Shown here: piece after piece, positions 1-9,229 of the stretch
Numbering within the stretch: the first letter of the stretch is position 1
Layout of the letters: the number at the start of each line of letters is the position of its first letter
Source of the DNA: Candidatus Aenigmatarchaeota archaeon
GTDB lineage: Archaea > Aenigmatarchaeota > Aenigmatarchaeia > CG10238-14 > SCSR01
Direction of reading: 5' to 3'
Length of the DNA: 64,000 nucleotides
Assembly: GCA_038999725.1 (NCBI GenBank)
Contig: JAWBWS010000002.1
Coordinates: 1 to 64,000, forward strand
Notes under the pieces: generated by a model
What the model saw: only the letters and a program-made list of their open reading frames with translations
Databases searched by the model: none
Told to the model about the DNA's origin: nothing
Position numbers and translations under genes: made by a program

Positions 1-236
1 GAATAGAAGTCTTAGGTCCAGGTTGTCCTAGATGTTTGGCAACAATACAAACAATTAAACTGGCTATAAAGAATCTAAAAGTGAATGCAGAAGTAAAGCA
101 TGTTCATGATTTTGAAAAGTTTATCGAGTATGGTGTAATGATGACACCAGCTGTTGTAATAAATGGAAAATTAAAAATACAGGGAAAAATTCCAACTATA
201 GAAGAAGCTGAAAGGATGATAAAAGAGGAGTTATAA
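1..236 (+). CDS. Small redox-active disulfide (thioredoxin-like) protein, 5'-truncated by window edge
   Basis: Frame is open upstream of the called start: IEVLGPGCPRC (CxxC), later YGVMMTPAVVING (cis-Pro motif). Confidence 0.85.
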   Translation, partial: IEVLGPGCPRCLATIQTIKLAIKNLKVNAEVKHVHDFEKFIEYGVMMTPAVVINGKLKIQGKIPTIEEAERMIKEEL

Positions 237-429
237 TACATAAAACAAATAAAGAGAGTGTCTTACATTGTAATGTTTTAAGCTAAATAATCCGTCAAAT
301 TTTTTGTTATTGTGTGTACACTAATGGTAAAACAAATAATCTGTTCATTTATCAGCCTTTTCAACAACTTTTTTAATTATCTTTCCTTCTCTATTTCTAA
401 CCATTAACTCAAGTTCATAAAGAAAGGCT

Positions 430-720
430 AAAGAGTTTGGTAAGGGAAAAACAATTGTTGTCATGCTTCGGATGGTGTGAAGGATATTTAAGTACTGAAC
501 TGTTTGAAGAGTAATGTAGAATTAGCTGGAGTCAAATCTGACAAGCTTGTTGCGGTTGAGACAACATATATGATTCAAATTCCTTTTTTTTTATCTAGGG
601 TAAAAGTATAGCGAGTGAAATTTCAATCTGCAAACCTGAAGGAGTTTTGAATATAGGAGAAAGCAACTTAAAAAAACTTTTATGTTATGAAAAGTGTAGT
701 TCTAGAAAGTCGTAGATTTG
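430..720 (+). pseudogene. Possible decayed DGC-type zinc-binding protein remnant
   Basis: Fragments in different frames (KTIVVM, DG, CLKSNVELAGVKSDKLV) resemble the DGC family; stops and shifts; next to a thioredoxin-like gene. Confidence 0.3.
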
Positions 721-909
721 TAAACAACCTTTAAGAGGTCAAAAGATAGTATAATTCGTGAAGAAATTACTCATTTTTGTTTTAACATAGTTTCTTTTTC
801 TCTCATTAATTACCTAAAAATCGGTATTCTCATTAATTATCTAGAACTCATTAGAAATCGGGAACAAATTTTTTTAAATACACTAGAAAAATCATCCAGA
901 ATTAAAAAA

Positions 910-1561
910 ATGAGAATAAATTATTCCTTTGGTATGGAGATTGAAATGGGAAGTTTTGTATTTTCAGCAAAGGAGACATAACTGTTACCAAGTTTGGAGA
1001 TGTTTATAAGATTGCGATGGATATTTCCACACTATCTTCCCAAACAGGAGGAATAATCATGGGACCAATCATAAGAGAACTTTATTATATTCTTCCTCAA
1101 AGAAATGTGAGTTGCACAAAATTTATAGACGAATATATTTGTGAGGAAGTAAAAATGGGTCACTTCCATATGAGACTCAAATGTTTACTCCACAATATCA
1201 CCTTGCTTTAATAAAAGAATATATAGAATTGGATGTGGCAAAAATTTCTTATTTAGGAACAAAAGAAGTCATGAATAGAAAATGTAATCTCTTAAAGGTT
1301 GAAGATGTCAACAGAGTTATGGAAGTGTGTCTTGATGAAGAATATGGAGTTGTTCTAGAGCTCATCACGAAGATGGGGATTGGAGAATCTGGTGAAAGTG
1401 GAACAAAGACGCAATTAAGTTTCAGTTTTAATGCAACACGACTTAGTTTTGACATAGAAGAAACAGAAGTCTTACCTCCTGTCCCTATTGATAAGCGTCG
1501 ACACCGAAAAATTAACAAAGCTAGAGTGTTGAAAAATAAAAAAATTGTTCTATTTTCCTAG
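910..1561 (+). pseudogene. Frameshifted hypothetical gene in three consecutive frames
   Basis: ATG910 frame stops at 981; next frame is open from ~969 through ORF 1017-1211; third frame is ORF 1181-1561; consistent with two single-base shifts. Confidence 0.5.
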
Positions 1562-1762
1562 ATATTGTTGGGGTTTGGATTTTTCATGACAAAAAAAGTC
1601 TCACACAACCCTATTTTTAAGCTTAACCGAAAGATTTAAAAGCAAGTGATTAGAAAAACTCTTATTTAAAGTTATCGGTTAACTTTATTTTTCCTATAGT
1701 TTTATGTTATACAGAGATAAGCTCCTTGCCTTAAAGGATGAAAATTGTAAAGGGGTGAGAAA

Positions 1763-1807
1763 ATGGCAAAGAAGAAGAAAGAAGAAAAGCCTGAAGGACA
1801 AGCTTGA
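1763..1807 (+). CDS. Candidate 14-aa micropeptide MAKKKKEEKPEGQA
   Basis: SD-like AGGGGTGA just upstream of ATG; long T-rich tract immediately after the TGA. Confidence 0.35.
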   Translation: MAKKKKEEKPEGQA

Positions 1808-1906
1808 GTTGTTTTTTTATTTCTTCTTTCTTTTTTTAAATGATTAAACTTCTCACATCAAAATCAATACAAAACCTTTAATTATTCTGATATATTTAGT
1901 ATTAGT

Positions 1907-2683
1907 ATGGTCAGAAAGAAAGGACTGCCCAAATGGGATGAGCTTGTTCTAGTTACGGTTGAAAAACTTACTCCATATGCTGCTTGGTGTAAGCTTGTCG
2001 AATACCCTGAAGTTGAGGGTATGATTCACGTGACAGAAGTTGCTGGAAAGTGGGTCCATGATATTCGTGATTTTGTTAAGGTTAAAAAGCAATATGTGGC
2101 TAAGGTTATCAAAATAGACTATCAGAAAAGATTTGTGAATTTAAGTTTGAAGAGGGTGAGCAAGTTAGATGAAAAAGAAAAGATGAATGAGTTTAGGAGG
2201 GAAAAAAGAGCTGAAAGGTTGTTGGAGCAAGTGGGAAAAACATTTGGAAAAAATTTAGACCAAACTTATGAAGAGGTTGGCTTCTTACTACAAGAAAAAT
2301 TTGGTAATCTATCAACAGCTTTTGAACTAGCAAAAAAGGGTAAAGAAGAATTGATTAAAAATGGTGTAAGTAAAGAGTGGAGTGAAGCAATAGCCAAAGT
2401 TGCGGAAGAGAGTACCCAAGAAAAAGAATTTGAAATAAAGGCTGAAGTTGAGTTAAAATGTTTTGCTAAGGATGGTGTAAAAAAAATAAAAGAACTGCTC
2501 TCTGAACTTAAGAAAAAAACTGGTTGTAATGTGAAGTATATATCTGCCCCAAAATATAGAGTTGAGGTTAAGGGTAAAGATCCTAAGAATTTGGAAAGAA
2601 ACCTCACACGTGAGCTTGAAACTTTATGCAAAGAAATTTCAAAATTCAATGGGGAGGGGAGCTTCAAACTTCTTAAAAGTTAA
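1907..2683 (+). CDS. eif2a: Translation initiation factor 2 subunit alpha
   Basis: N-terminal S1 domain (EGMIHVTEV...LSLKRV), C-terminal YISAPKYR; upstream of nop10. Confidence 0.95.
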   Translation: MVRKKGLPKWDELVLVTVEKLTPYAAWCKLVEYPEVEGMIHVTEVAGKWVHDIRDFVKVKKQYVAKVIKIDYQKRFVNLSLKRVSKLDEKEKMNEFRREKRAERLLEQVGKTFGKNLDQTYEEVGFLLQEKFGNLSTAFELAKKGKEELIKNGVSKEWSEAIAKVAEESTQEKEFEIKAEVELKCFAKDGVKKIKELLSELKKKTGCNVKYISAPKYRVEVKGKDPKNLERNLTRELETLCKEISKFNGEGSFKLLKS

Positions 2684-2987
2684 AGATTGTCCTGATTAAA
2701 ACATAAGCTGCTTTGAAAACATATAGAATTGCAAATAGATAGAAAAGATGAAAATCTGAGCCAAATGAAATTAAAAACAATACAATCCCTGCCAAAACAT
2801 CGAGAATTCCCATCCAATCAAAAAATCCCATTGGAAAGCTTGTGAAGACTGATAAAATTCCTTTAATCAAGAGCATGTAAGCGAAGTAAATGCTGTAGGC
2901 TCCAATTATTGGAAAACTTGGACCAAAGTAAATGATTAATGCACCGCAAGCGTCTAATATTCCCAAAAATAATAGGAATGAATTCAT
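2673..2987 (-). CDS. Hypothetical membrane protein (about 4 TM, internal repeat)
   Basis: Hydrophobic; repeated LGILD/MGILD motif. Confidence 0.7.
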   Translation of the reverse strand: MNSFLLFLGILDACGALIIYFGPSFPIIGAYSIYFAYMLLIKGILSVFTSFPMGFFDWMGILDVLAGIVLFLISFGSDFHLFYLFAILYVFKAAYVLIRTIFNF

Positions 2988-3021
2988 ATTTTTTCATTTT
3001 TGTAGATTAAAAATAAATAAT

Positions 3022-3207
3022 ATGAAGATGAAGAAGTGTCCTGTTTGCAAAACTTATACTTTCAAAGGAAAATGTGTTAAATGTGGAAGTGAAACCTTCT
3101 CTCCACATCCACCAAAATTCTCACCTCAAGATAAGTATGGCGAATTGAGAAGAAAGATGATAAAAAAGCTTAATCTTCAGGAAAGATTGACTTTTCAACA
3201 TACATAA
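3022..3207 (+). CDS. nop10: H/ACA RNP protein Nop10
   Basis: CPVC..YT..CVKCG..HPPKFSPQDKYG; start moved to ATG 3022. Confidence 0.93.
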   Translation: MKMKKCPVCKTYTFKGKCVKCGSETFSPHPPKFSPQDKYGELRRKMIKKLNLQERLTFQHT

Positions 3208-3244
3208 ATTTAAAGAATGAACGAGATAATCTATATGTGAACTT

Positions 3245-4039
3245 ATGGTAACAAAAATAATTGAATTCGAAAGACCTAAGCTAAAGAATCCTATATTCAT
3301 CGAGGGCTTACCTGGAATTGGAAATGTTGGTAGAATTGCAGCCGGTTATTTGGTGGAAGAGCTGAGAGCGAAAAAATTTGCTGAGCTTTATTCTTCCCAC
3401 TTTATGCCATTTGTCCTGCTACATGAAAACTCTTCAGTTCATGTGCTTAAAAACGAGTTTTATTATTGGAAGGCCAAGAACAAAAACCAGAGGGATTTAA
3501 TTTTGTTAATCGGAGATAGTCAAAGCATTGACCCGGAAGGACATTATGAAATAGTTGAAACTATTCTTGATTACATTCAAAAGTTTGGGGTGAAAGAAAT
3601 TTTTGCTTTAGCTGGACTTAGCATTGGGGAAGAAAAAGAAAAACCCAAAGTGATTGGTACTGTAAGTGATCCCGAACTCGTAAAGAAGTATGAAAAATAT
3701 GGAATAGATTTTCAGTCTGCGAATAAAGTTGGCACCATAGTTGGGGCATCTGGCCTTTTCATAGGGCTTGGAAAGATAAGAAAAATGGAGGGTGTATGCC
3801 TCTTGGGAGAGACTATAGGTCTCCCTATAATCCCAGATCCGAAAAGCGCAGAAGCCGTGCTTAATGTCTTGACAAAAATCTTGAATTTGAAGATAGATAT
3901 TTCTAGGCTTGGAAAGAAAGTAAAAGAAATGGAAGAGTTGATAAAAAAGGTTGAAAATGTACAGAAAAAAGCTTTAAGTCAATTGTTAACACCACCTGAA
4001 AAGGTTGGGAAGAAGGAAGAGTTAACTTACATAGGTTGA
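3245..4039 (+). CDS. Proteasome assembly chaperone (PAC2 family)
   Basis: IEGLPGIGNVG, CLLGET, PDPKSA motifs; conserved position after nop10. Confidence 0.9.
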   Translation: MVTKIIEFERPKLKNPIFIEGLPGIGNVGRIAAGYLVEELRAKKFAELYSSHFMPFVLLHENSSVHVLKNEFYYWKAKNKNQRDLILLIGDSQSIDPEGHYEIVETILDYIQKFGVKEIFALAGLSIGEEKEKPKVIGTVSDPELVKKYEKYGIDFQSANKVGTIVGASGLFIGLGKIRKMEGVCLLGETIGLPIIPDPKSAEAVLNVLTKILNLKIDISRLGKKVKEMEELIKKVENVQKKALSQLLTPPEKVGKKEELTYIG

Positions 4040-4043
4040 GCTA

Positions 4044-4631
4044 ATGCCAGTAAAACTTCTAATCCCTAGGCAAAAATATTTGGCTTCTGGAATACATATG
4101 GGGATGAAACTTAGAACTAAAGACATGAAAGAGTTTATTTTCAATATAAGACCAGATGGTCTTACCATTCTAAATTTGAGGAAAATTGATGAAAGGATAA
4201 GGATTGCTTCAAAATTCTTGGCAAGAGCAAAAAATATAATCGTGGCTAGCAAAAAAAGTCCTGTACAGAGAGGTGTGGAGAAGTTTGCCGAAGTCATAAA
4301 TGCTAAGGCTTTTATCGGAAGATTTCTGCCCGGCACTTTGACAAACCCCTATTTTGAAAAGTATACGGAAGCTGATGTTGTTTTTGTTCTCGATCCCATG
4401 ATTGATAAACAAGCTGTAGAGGAGGCTGTGAAAGCAAGGGTTCCTGTTGTGGCCGTTTGCAACACTTTTAATGAAACAAAGAATGTTGATCTTATAATTC
4501 CTGCAAACAATAAAGGAAAAAAAGCTTTGGCAACTTTACTTTGGCTACTCGCTCGTGAAATATTGAAAGAGAGGGGAAAAATAAAGTCAGATGAAGACTT
4601 CAAACTTAAGGTTGAAGATTTGGAAGAGTAA
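4044..4631 (+). CDS. rps2: 30S ribosomal protein uS2
   Basis: YLASGIHMG, GRFLPGTLTNP, IPANNKG motifs. Confidence 0.95.
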   Translation: MPVKLLIPRQKYLASGIHMGMKLRTKDMKEFIFNIRPDGLTILNLRKIDERIRIASKFLARAKNIIVASKKSPVQRGVEKFAEVINAKAFIGRFLPGTLTNPYFEKYTEADVVFVLDPMIDKQAVEEAVKARVPVVAVCNTFNETKNVDLIIPANNKGKKALATLLWLLAREILKERGKIKSDEDFKLKVEDLEE

Positions 4632-4640
4632 GGCGCAAAT

Positions 4641-4650
4641 CTTATAAATA
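4641..4650 (+). promoter_or_regulatory. TATA box for the RNase P RNA
   Basis: CTTATAAATA about 25 nt upstream of the RNA 5' end. Confidence 0.6.
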
Positions 4651-4669
4651 CATTTTTTCAGTAAATTAT

Positions 4670-4924
4670 TAGGCGAGCTGGTTGGGTAGCTTCGGCCTTT
4701 CTGCTAGGAAAGGCTGAGGAAGTTCCGTCCACCTAGAGGATGAATTTGCCTGAGAAGGCAGCACCGATATCAGAAACGAGACTTTCCTACCTCGCTAACG
4801 ATGAAAGGAAATAGAGTTGAGGTAGAGAAAGATGAAACGGATCGGTGCCTCCGTGAGGTGCAAGTTTGAAACGCTTAGACAAATGCTACCTTGAACAAAA
4901 GACGGGCTACAACCAGCACGCCTA
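4670..4924 (+). ncRNA. rnpB: RNase P RNA, short (~255 nt) archaeal form
   Basis: P1 TAGGCGAGCTGGTTG/CAACCAGCACGCCTA; CR-I GAGGAAGTTCCGTCC (4716); CR-V AACAAAAGACGGGCTAC (4894-4910); AGAAAC and TGAAAC S-domain motifs. Confidence 0.93.
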
Positions 4925-5027
4925 CTTCTTTTCCTCAAGAAGAAAAAACAAATTCTCGAAAAATTCAGCCTCACATTTTTTTGGTCAAAGATTGGATATA
5001 TTTAAATTTTGAGTGTATATTTAAATT

Positions 5028-5186
5028 ATGGCGAGAGCAAAAGATCGAGTGTATATGCCTATGAGCACGGGTGGCTTGCTGAGGTATCAGGAAGAAGAGG
5101 AAATGTTTACAATAAAGCCAGAGCATGTTGTGTTTATTGGCATAGGTATAATAGCTTTAGAAGTTTTGATTAAATTCTTTGGATAA
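5028..5186 (+). CDS. secG: Preprotein translocase subunit Sec61beta (52 aa, not in ORF track)
   Basis: My translation MARAKDRVYMPMSTGGLLRYQEEEEMFTIKPEHVVFIGIGIIALEVLIKFFG: GGLLRY motif plus C-terminal TM. Confidence 0.88.
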   Translation: MARAKDRVYMPMSTGGLLRYQEEEEMFTIKPEHVVFIGIGIIALEVLIKFFG

Positions 5187-5217
5187 AGATTTTTCTTTTA
5201 GAAACTATCTTTAAATT

Positions 5218-6048
5218 ATGAAAATTTTTCTTGGTCCTGCAGGAATTCCAACAGTAGCTGAAGATAGAACAACAGAAGGTGGTATAAAAAAAGTTTCGGA
5301 GCTTGGATTGAATTCAATGGAAATTGAGTTTGTGAGGAATGTTTATTTGAGCGAAAAAAAAGCAGAAGAAATTGGAAGGCTTGCCAAGAATTTTGGAATA
5401 AGCCTTACAGTTCATGCCCCTTATTTCATAAATTTGCTTTCTGATAAGAAAACAACTGTGGAAGCTTCAAAGAAGAGAATTTTGGAATCTTTGGATAGGG
5501 CAGAAAGAATGGGGGCTAAAGCTGTTGTGGTACATGCTGGATACTATGGAAATTTAGGAAAAGAGGAAGCTATGGAAAAGATGGTCAAAATAACTGAAGA
5601 AATTCTGGAAGAAATGGAGAAAAGGGAAATTAAGAAAACTTTACTTGCCTATGAAACCATGGCAAAAGAAAGCCAATTTGCTGGCTTGGATGAGCTGCTT
5701 GAGCTTATGAAAAGAGTTAAATCTAAGCAGCTTTCTGTAAATGTTGACTTTGCCCACCTATTTGTTAGAAGTAATGGTAAAATCGACTATGGAGAAATTT
5801 TTGAAAAGCTTAAGCATTTTAACCACATCTTTTCCCACTTTTCCAATGTCAAGTATAATATCAATACTAAGAAATTTGTGGATATTCATGTTCAGTTAAA
5901 TTCCCACCCTCCTTTCAAGCCCTTGGCAGAAGAAATTCTGAAGAGAAAACTCAACATAACAATAATTTCTGAATCTCCTGTTCTTGAACAAGATAGTTTA
6001 AAGATGCTCCAAATTTTCAAAAAAATAGATTCAAAATTCGAACTTTAG
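5218..6048 (+). CDS. nfo: Endonuclease IV family AP endonuclease
   Basis: HAPYFINL, VVHAG, YETM, VDFAH, ISESP motifs. Confidence 0.88.
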   Translation: MKIFLGPAGIPTVAEDRTTEGGIKKVSELGLNSMEIEFVRNVYLSEKKAEEIGRLAKNFGISLTVHAPYFINLLSDKKTTVEASKKRILESLDRAERMGAKAVVVHAGYYGNLGKEEAMEKMVKITEEILEEMEKREIKKTLLAYETMAKESQFAGLDELLELMKRVKSKQLSVNVDFAHLFVRSNGKIDYGEIFEKLKHFNHIFSHFSNVKYNINTKKFVDIHVQLNSHPPFKPLAEEILKRKLNITIISESPVLEQDSLKMLQIFKKIDSKFEL

Positions 6049-6675
6049 CTTTTTCCTCTTTTTTACAATGAGTTTGGTGAACACTAAACCAAACAAGAAG
6101 CCACCTATGTGTGCCCAGAAGGCTATGTTGCTCCCTATACCTCCAAACAAACTTAGTGCACCAAAGATGAATTGAATCAAAAACCAAAAGCCTATGACAA
6201 TAAAAGCTGGAACTTTTATGAAAGTGTAGTGGACACGTGTTAAAATCTTCTCTTTTGGGAATAAAATCAAATAAGCTCCAAGTACGCCAGAAATTGCTCC
6301 AGAAGCTCCTATGCTTGGAGTAGCTGAATAGGGGTCTGTTAAAAATTGGAAAAAAGCTGCTGAAAGGCCAGAAAGAAAATAGAGTAAGAGAAACTTGACT
6401 TTGCCTAGCCTATCTTCAACATTGTCACCAAAAATCCAAAGGTACCACAAGTTTCCGAATAAATGATCTAAACCACCGTGTAAGAACATGGAGGTAAAAA
6501 GAGTTAAAGTGGAAAATTGAAGTGGAATAAATCCATATTGATAAATTATCCTTTCAAAATCTGTGAGGCTCCAGAGGAAGATTAAAATATTAATGGCTAT
6601 TAGTGAAAAGGTAAGGAGAGGAAACCTTTTTCGCGGAGCTGTATCTTGAAGGGGAAAAAACTGACCTTTTGCCAT
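6031..6675 (-). CDS. Rhomboid intramembrane serine protease
   Basis: SMFLHGG..HLFGN, GASG, AHIGG motifs. Confidence 0.93.
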   Translation of the reverse strand: MAKGQFFPLQDTAPRKRFPLLTFSLIAINILIFLWSLTDFERIIYQYGFIPLQFSTLTLFTSMFLHGGLDHLFGNLWYLWIFGDNVEDRLGKVKFLLLYFLSGLSAAFFQFLTDPYSATPSIGASGAISGVLGAYLILFPKEKILTRVHYTFIKVPAFIVIGFWFLIQFIFGALSLFGGIGSNIAFWAHIGGFLFGLVFTKLIVKKRKKLKFEF

Positions 6676-6738
6676 ATATTTTTAGTAGAAAATTAATAAA
6701 AATAAGGTTTTTAAACTTTCGTCCTCATTATTTTAATT

Positions 6739-7179
6739 ATGAGTAAGATGAAAGATATTTTTGAAGAAATAAAAGAATATGTGGAGGAATATTCACGATT
6801 TATTGGAAGAAAAATCCAGAGATACATATATGTACCCGATAATACCTTGAAGACAATTCGTGCGTATCTTGAAGAAAGAGGAGAAGACCAAAAAGATGTG
6901 CTGCCAATCTCCCTAAATGAAGTCGAAGAAAGGATGAACAGAATATATGAGATGCTTGAAGAAATAACTAAAGAAAGGAAAGAGTCATCATATGTTCTTG
7001 TTGCAAGAAGGAATGAAGAATTGGAAATATCTGTTGTACCCCTAGTGTTCCACATTGACTCTCGAACAGGAGATGTGATTAACAAAGAAAATGGAGAAGT
7101 GATAGGGAAACTCACAGAAGAAGATTTAAGAGATCCTTCATTACCTGATATTATCTCCAGGATTTACTCCCTGAGATAA
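6739..7179 (+). CDS. Hypothetical protein
   Basis: 146-aa ORF with genome-typical composition; no recognised motif. Confidence 0.65.
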   Translation: MSKMKDIFEEIKEYVEEYSRFIGRKIQRYIYVPDNTLKTIRAYLEERGEDQKDVLPISLNEVEERMNRIYEMLEEITKERKESSYVLVARRNEELEISVVPLVFHIDSRTGDVINKENGEVIGKLTEEDLRDPSLPDIISRIYSLR

Positions 7180-7180
7180 G

Positions 7181-8113
7181 CTAGGTAATGTAAGAGAGAG
7201 TAGATAAGGAAGAGAGGAGTTTCTCCATTTTTATTTTATAACTCTCTACTTTTCCTTCTACTTTACTAACTCTTAGTATCTTGATACGAGCCAAGCAAAT
7301 TTGACTAACTTTAGATTGAGTTATAAAACTTTTTATTTTTTCTTTCACTTCCTCTGCTGAGCTAAAGTAATCTTTCAATCCTTCAGAGGGTATTTTCTTA
7401 AATAACAATTCTAAGTTCCTTTCTTCAATCACACGTGGTAAAACACTTCCTTCACATGCATCAGCTATCATATAAGCCGCAACTCCACCAGTTAGCACAG
7501 GAGGTAAGTCATAAACATAAGTTTTAGTGGGGAGTGTTTTCTCTCCTTCTATTATTTTTAATACCACGTCTAGCTCATATAGGCCTTGAGAAATCTTAAA
7601 AAGCTTTCTATTTTCATTACTTAGTTTAAATGTTTTATCTCTTTGGTATATATCAAGTGCATTTTGCATTAATATGTTACGGCCTATTTTAAAATCTAAA
7701 GCGTCTAATGCTCTTGTTGTCTCTTCTAGTATTATTGCTTCTGAATCTGTTGGAAAACTTATATCCTCTCTTGTTCTTTCTCCTCTTCCTACTTCTTTGA
7801 GAATATCCTCAATTAAGTTGGGGGTAGAAAATTTAATTAAACTTTGGTAAACTTCAGCTTCTTCTTTAAGAGCTGGTATTAATTTAACTTTTGGTCGAGT
7901 TAAAAGATTGGATGCTTCCTTTAGAGTATCCATGAGCCATGGAAAATATAGGTGGATAAACATATTAAATTTAGAATAACCTTGTAATTTTATTATGTCG
8001 TCATATGCTGAACCTAACTGGAATCTTCTTACTTGTAAGGACTTTTGCTCTTTTAGAAGATATCCCCTCAAGTAACTTAAAATTTTTGGTGAGTACCATT
8101 CTTCAACACTCAT
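7181..8113 (-). CDS. Hypothetical protein
   Basis: 310-aa ORF with GGTGA SD upstream; no recognised motif. Confidence 0.7.
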   Translation of the reverse strand: MSVEEWYSPKILSYLRGYLLKEQKSLQVRRFQLGSAYDDIIKLQGYSKFNMFIHLYFPWLMDTLKEASNLLTRPKVKLIPALKEEAEVYQSLIKFSTPNLIEDILKEVGRGERTREDISFPTDSEAIILEETTRALDALDFKIGRNILMQNALDIYQRDKTFKLSNENRKLFKISQGLYELDVVLKIIEGEKTLPTKTYVYDLPPVLTGGVAAYMIADACEGSVLPRVIEERNLELLFKKIPSEGLKDYFSSAEEVKEKIKSFITQSKVSQICLARIKILRVSKVEGKVESYKIKMEKLLSSLSTLSYIT

Positions 8114-8199
8114 TTCTTATCACCAACGACTCCCTCAAAAGAAGAAGTCATTGTCTGTTTTAATACTCATCTTCACTCTATTTAAGCTTTTCTAAAAAA

Positions 8200-8283
8200 G
8201 TGTGAGGTTTAGGCTCTCTGCGTTTCTTAACTTCCTTTCGGAAGTTAGAACGCTTTGTTTTACTGAACCTAAACTTCCTCCTA
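8200..8283 (-). ncRNA. Candidate small structured RNA (hairpin with internal loop, 3' ACA)
   Basis: Nested inverted repeats 8204-8213/8268-8277 and 8220-8235/8240-8253, GAAA loop on minus strand, TATA at 8305-8312, U-tract at 8194-8199. Confidence 0.55.
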
Positions 8284-8324
8284 ATTTCTATTTCGAAAAG
8301 CTAGTTTATAAATTTTACTAAAAA

Positions 8325-8798
8325 CTATTCACCAATCTCAAAAATTAAGGGAGATATAAGATTTATCAAATCCTTCATTTTCATCTCCAGAAGTTTGTTT
8401 TTATTTCCCCCTCCTGCGAAGAATTCATCCATCCTACTCGCCTCTAAATCCATTACCACTTTCTTCACATTTTTCCAAAAACATGGAGGAACTGCTCCAG
8501 CCTCATAGCCAGAAAATTTTAAAACCTCTTCAGATGTTGCAAGTCTGATATCTTTAACCTTTAAAACTTTCTTCAATTTCTTAAAACTCAATTTTTTATT
8601 GGCCTTTAAAATTGCAACCACTGGCTCATCGTTAGAGTCTATCAAGACTAAGGTTTTAATTATTTTTTCTAAAGGAACTTTCTTACTCGCATCTTCCGCA
8701 GTTTTAACCTCAACATCAAACTCATGAACTTTGAATGGAACCCCTTTCCTTTTTAAAAATTCTACTAAAGAGGAAGAATTGAAATATTCTTCTTCCAT
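8325..8798 (-). CDS. YbaK/EbsC aminoacyl-tRNA deacylase family protein
   Basis: IIKTLV, RLA..EEV...SGY..GAVPP, AGGG motifs. Confidence 0.9.
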   Translation of the reverse strand: MEEEYFNSSSLVEFLKRKGVPFKVHEFDVEVKTAEDASKKVPLEKIIKTLVLIDSNDEPVVAILKANKKLSFKKLKKVLKVKDIRLATSEEVLKFSGYEAGAVPPCFWKNVKKVVMDLEASRMDEFFAGGGNKNKLLEMKMKDLINLISPLIFEIGE

Positions 8799-8809
8799 AA
8801 AAATAAATT

Positions 8810-9229
8810 ATGGCAAAGTTTAAGTTTATTGATATAACCACAGCAGATGTTGCTTTTGAAGCTTATGGAAAAGAATTGAATGAATTGTTTGCTAATGCAG
8901 CTTTAGCTATGTTTGAAGTCATGATAAATACAAAACAAATTGAGCCAAAGGTTGAAAGAAAGGTTGAAGTTGAAGGTTCGGATTTAGAATCTTTAATGTT
9001 CAACTGGCTTAATGAATTGCTAATCTTTGTTGACTCTGAAAATATTGCTTTCTCTGAATTTAAGGTTGAGATTGATGAAAAGAATTTCAAATTGAAAGCA
9101 GTTTGTAAAGGAGAAGTTATAGATAGAAATAAACATGAAACAAGAACTCATGTCAAGGCCTGTACTTATCATAAAATGGAAATAAAAAAGAATGAAAGCT
9201 GGAAGGCTAGAGTCATTCTTGACATTTAG
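8810..9229 (+). CDS. Archease (RtcB cofactor)
   Basis: TADV..EAYG, LF.NAA.AMF, VKACTYH, terminal ILDI. Confidence 0.93.
   Translation: MAKFKFIDITTADVAFEAYGKELNELFANAALAMFEVMINTKQIEPKVERKVEVEGSDLESLMFNWLNELLIFVDSENIAFSEFKVEIDEKNFKLKAVCKGEVIDRNKHETRTHVKACTYHKMEIKKNESWKARVILDI

Noticed and set aside
1704..1847. Arg/Lys-rich 47-aa ORF as ribosomal protein eL41
   Set aside because: Only a short KWQRRRKKK likeness; it runs into the T-tract and lacks an SD, unlike the overlapping 1763 frame.
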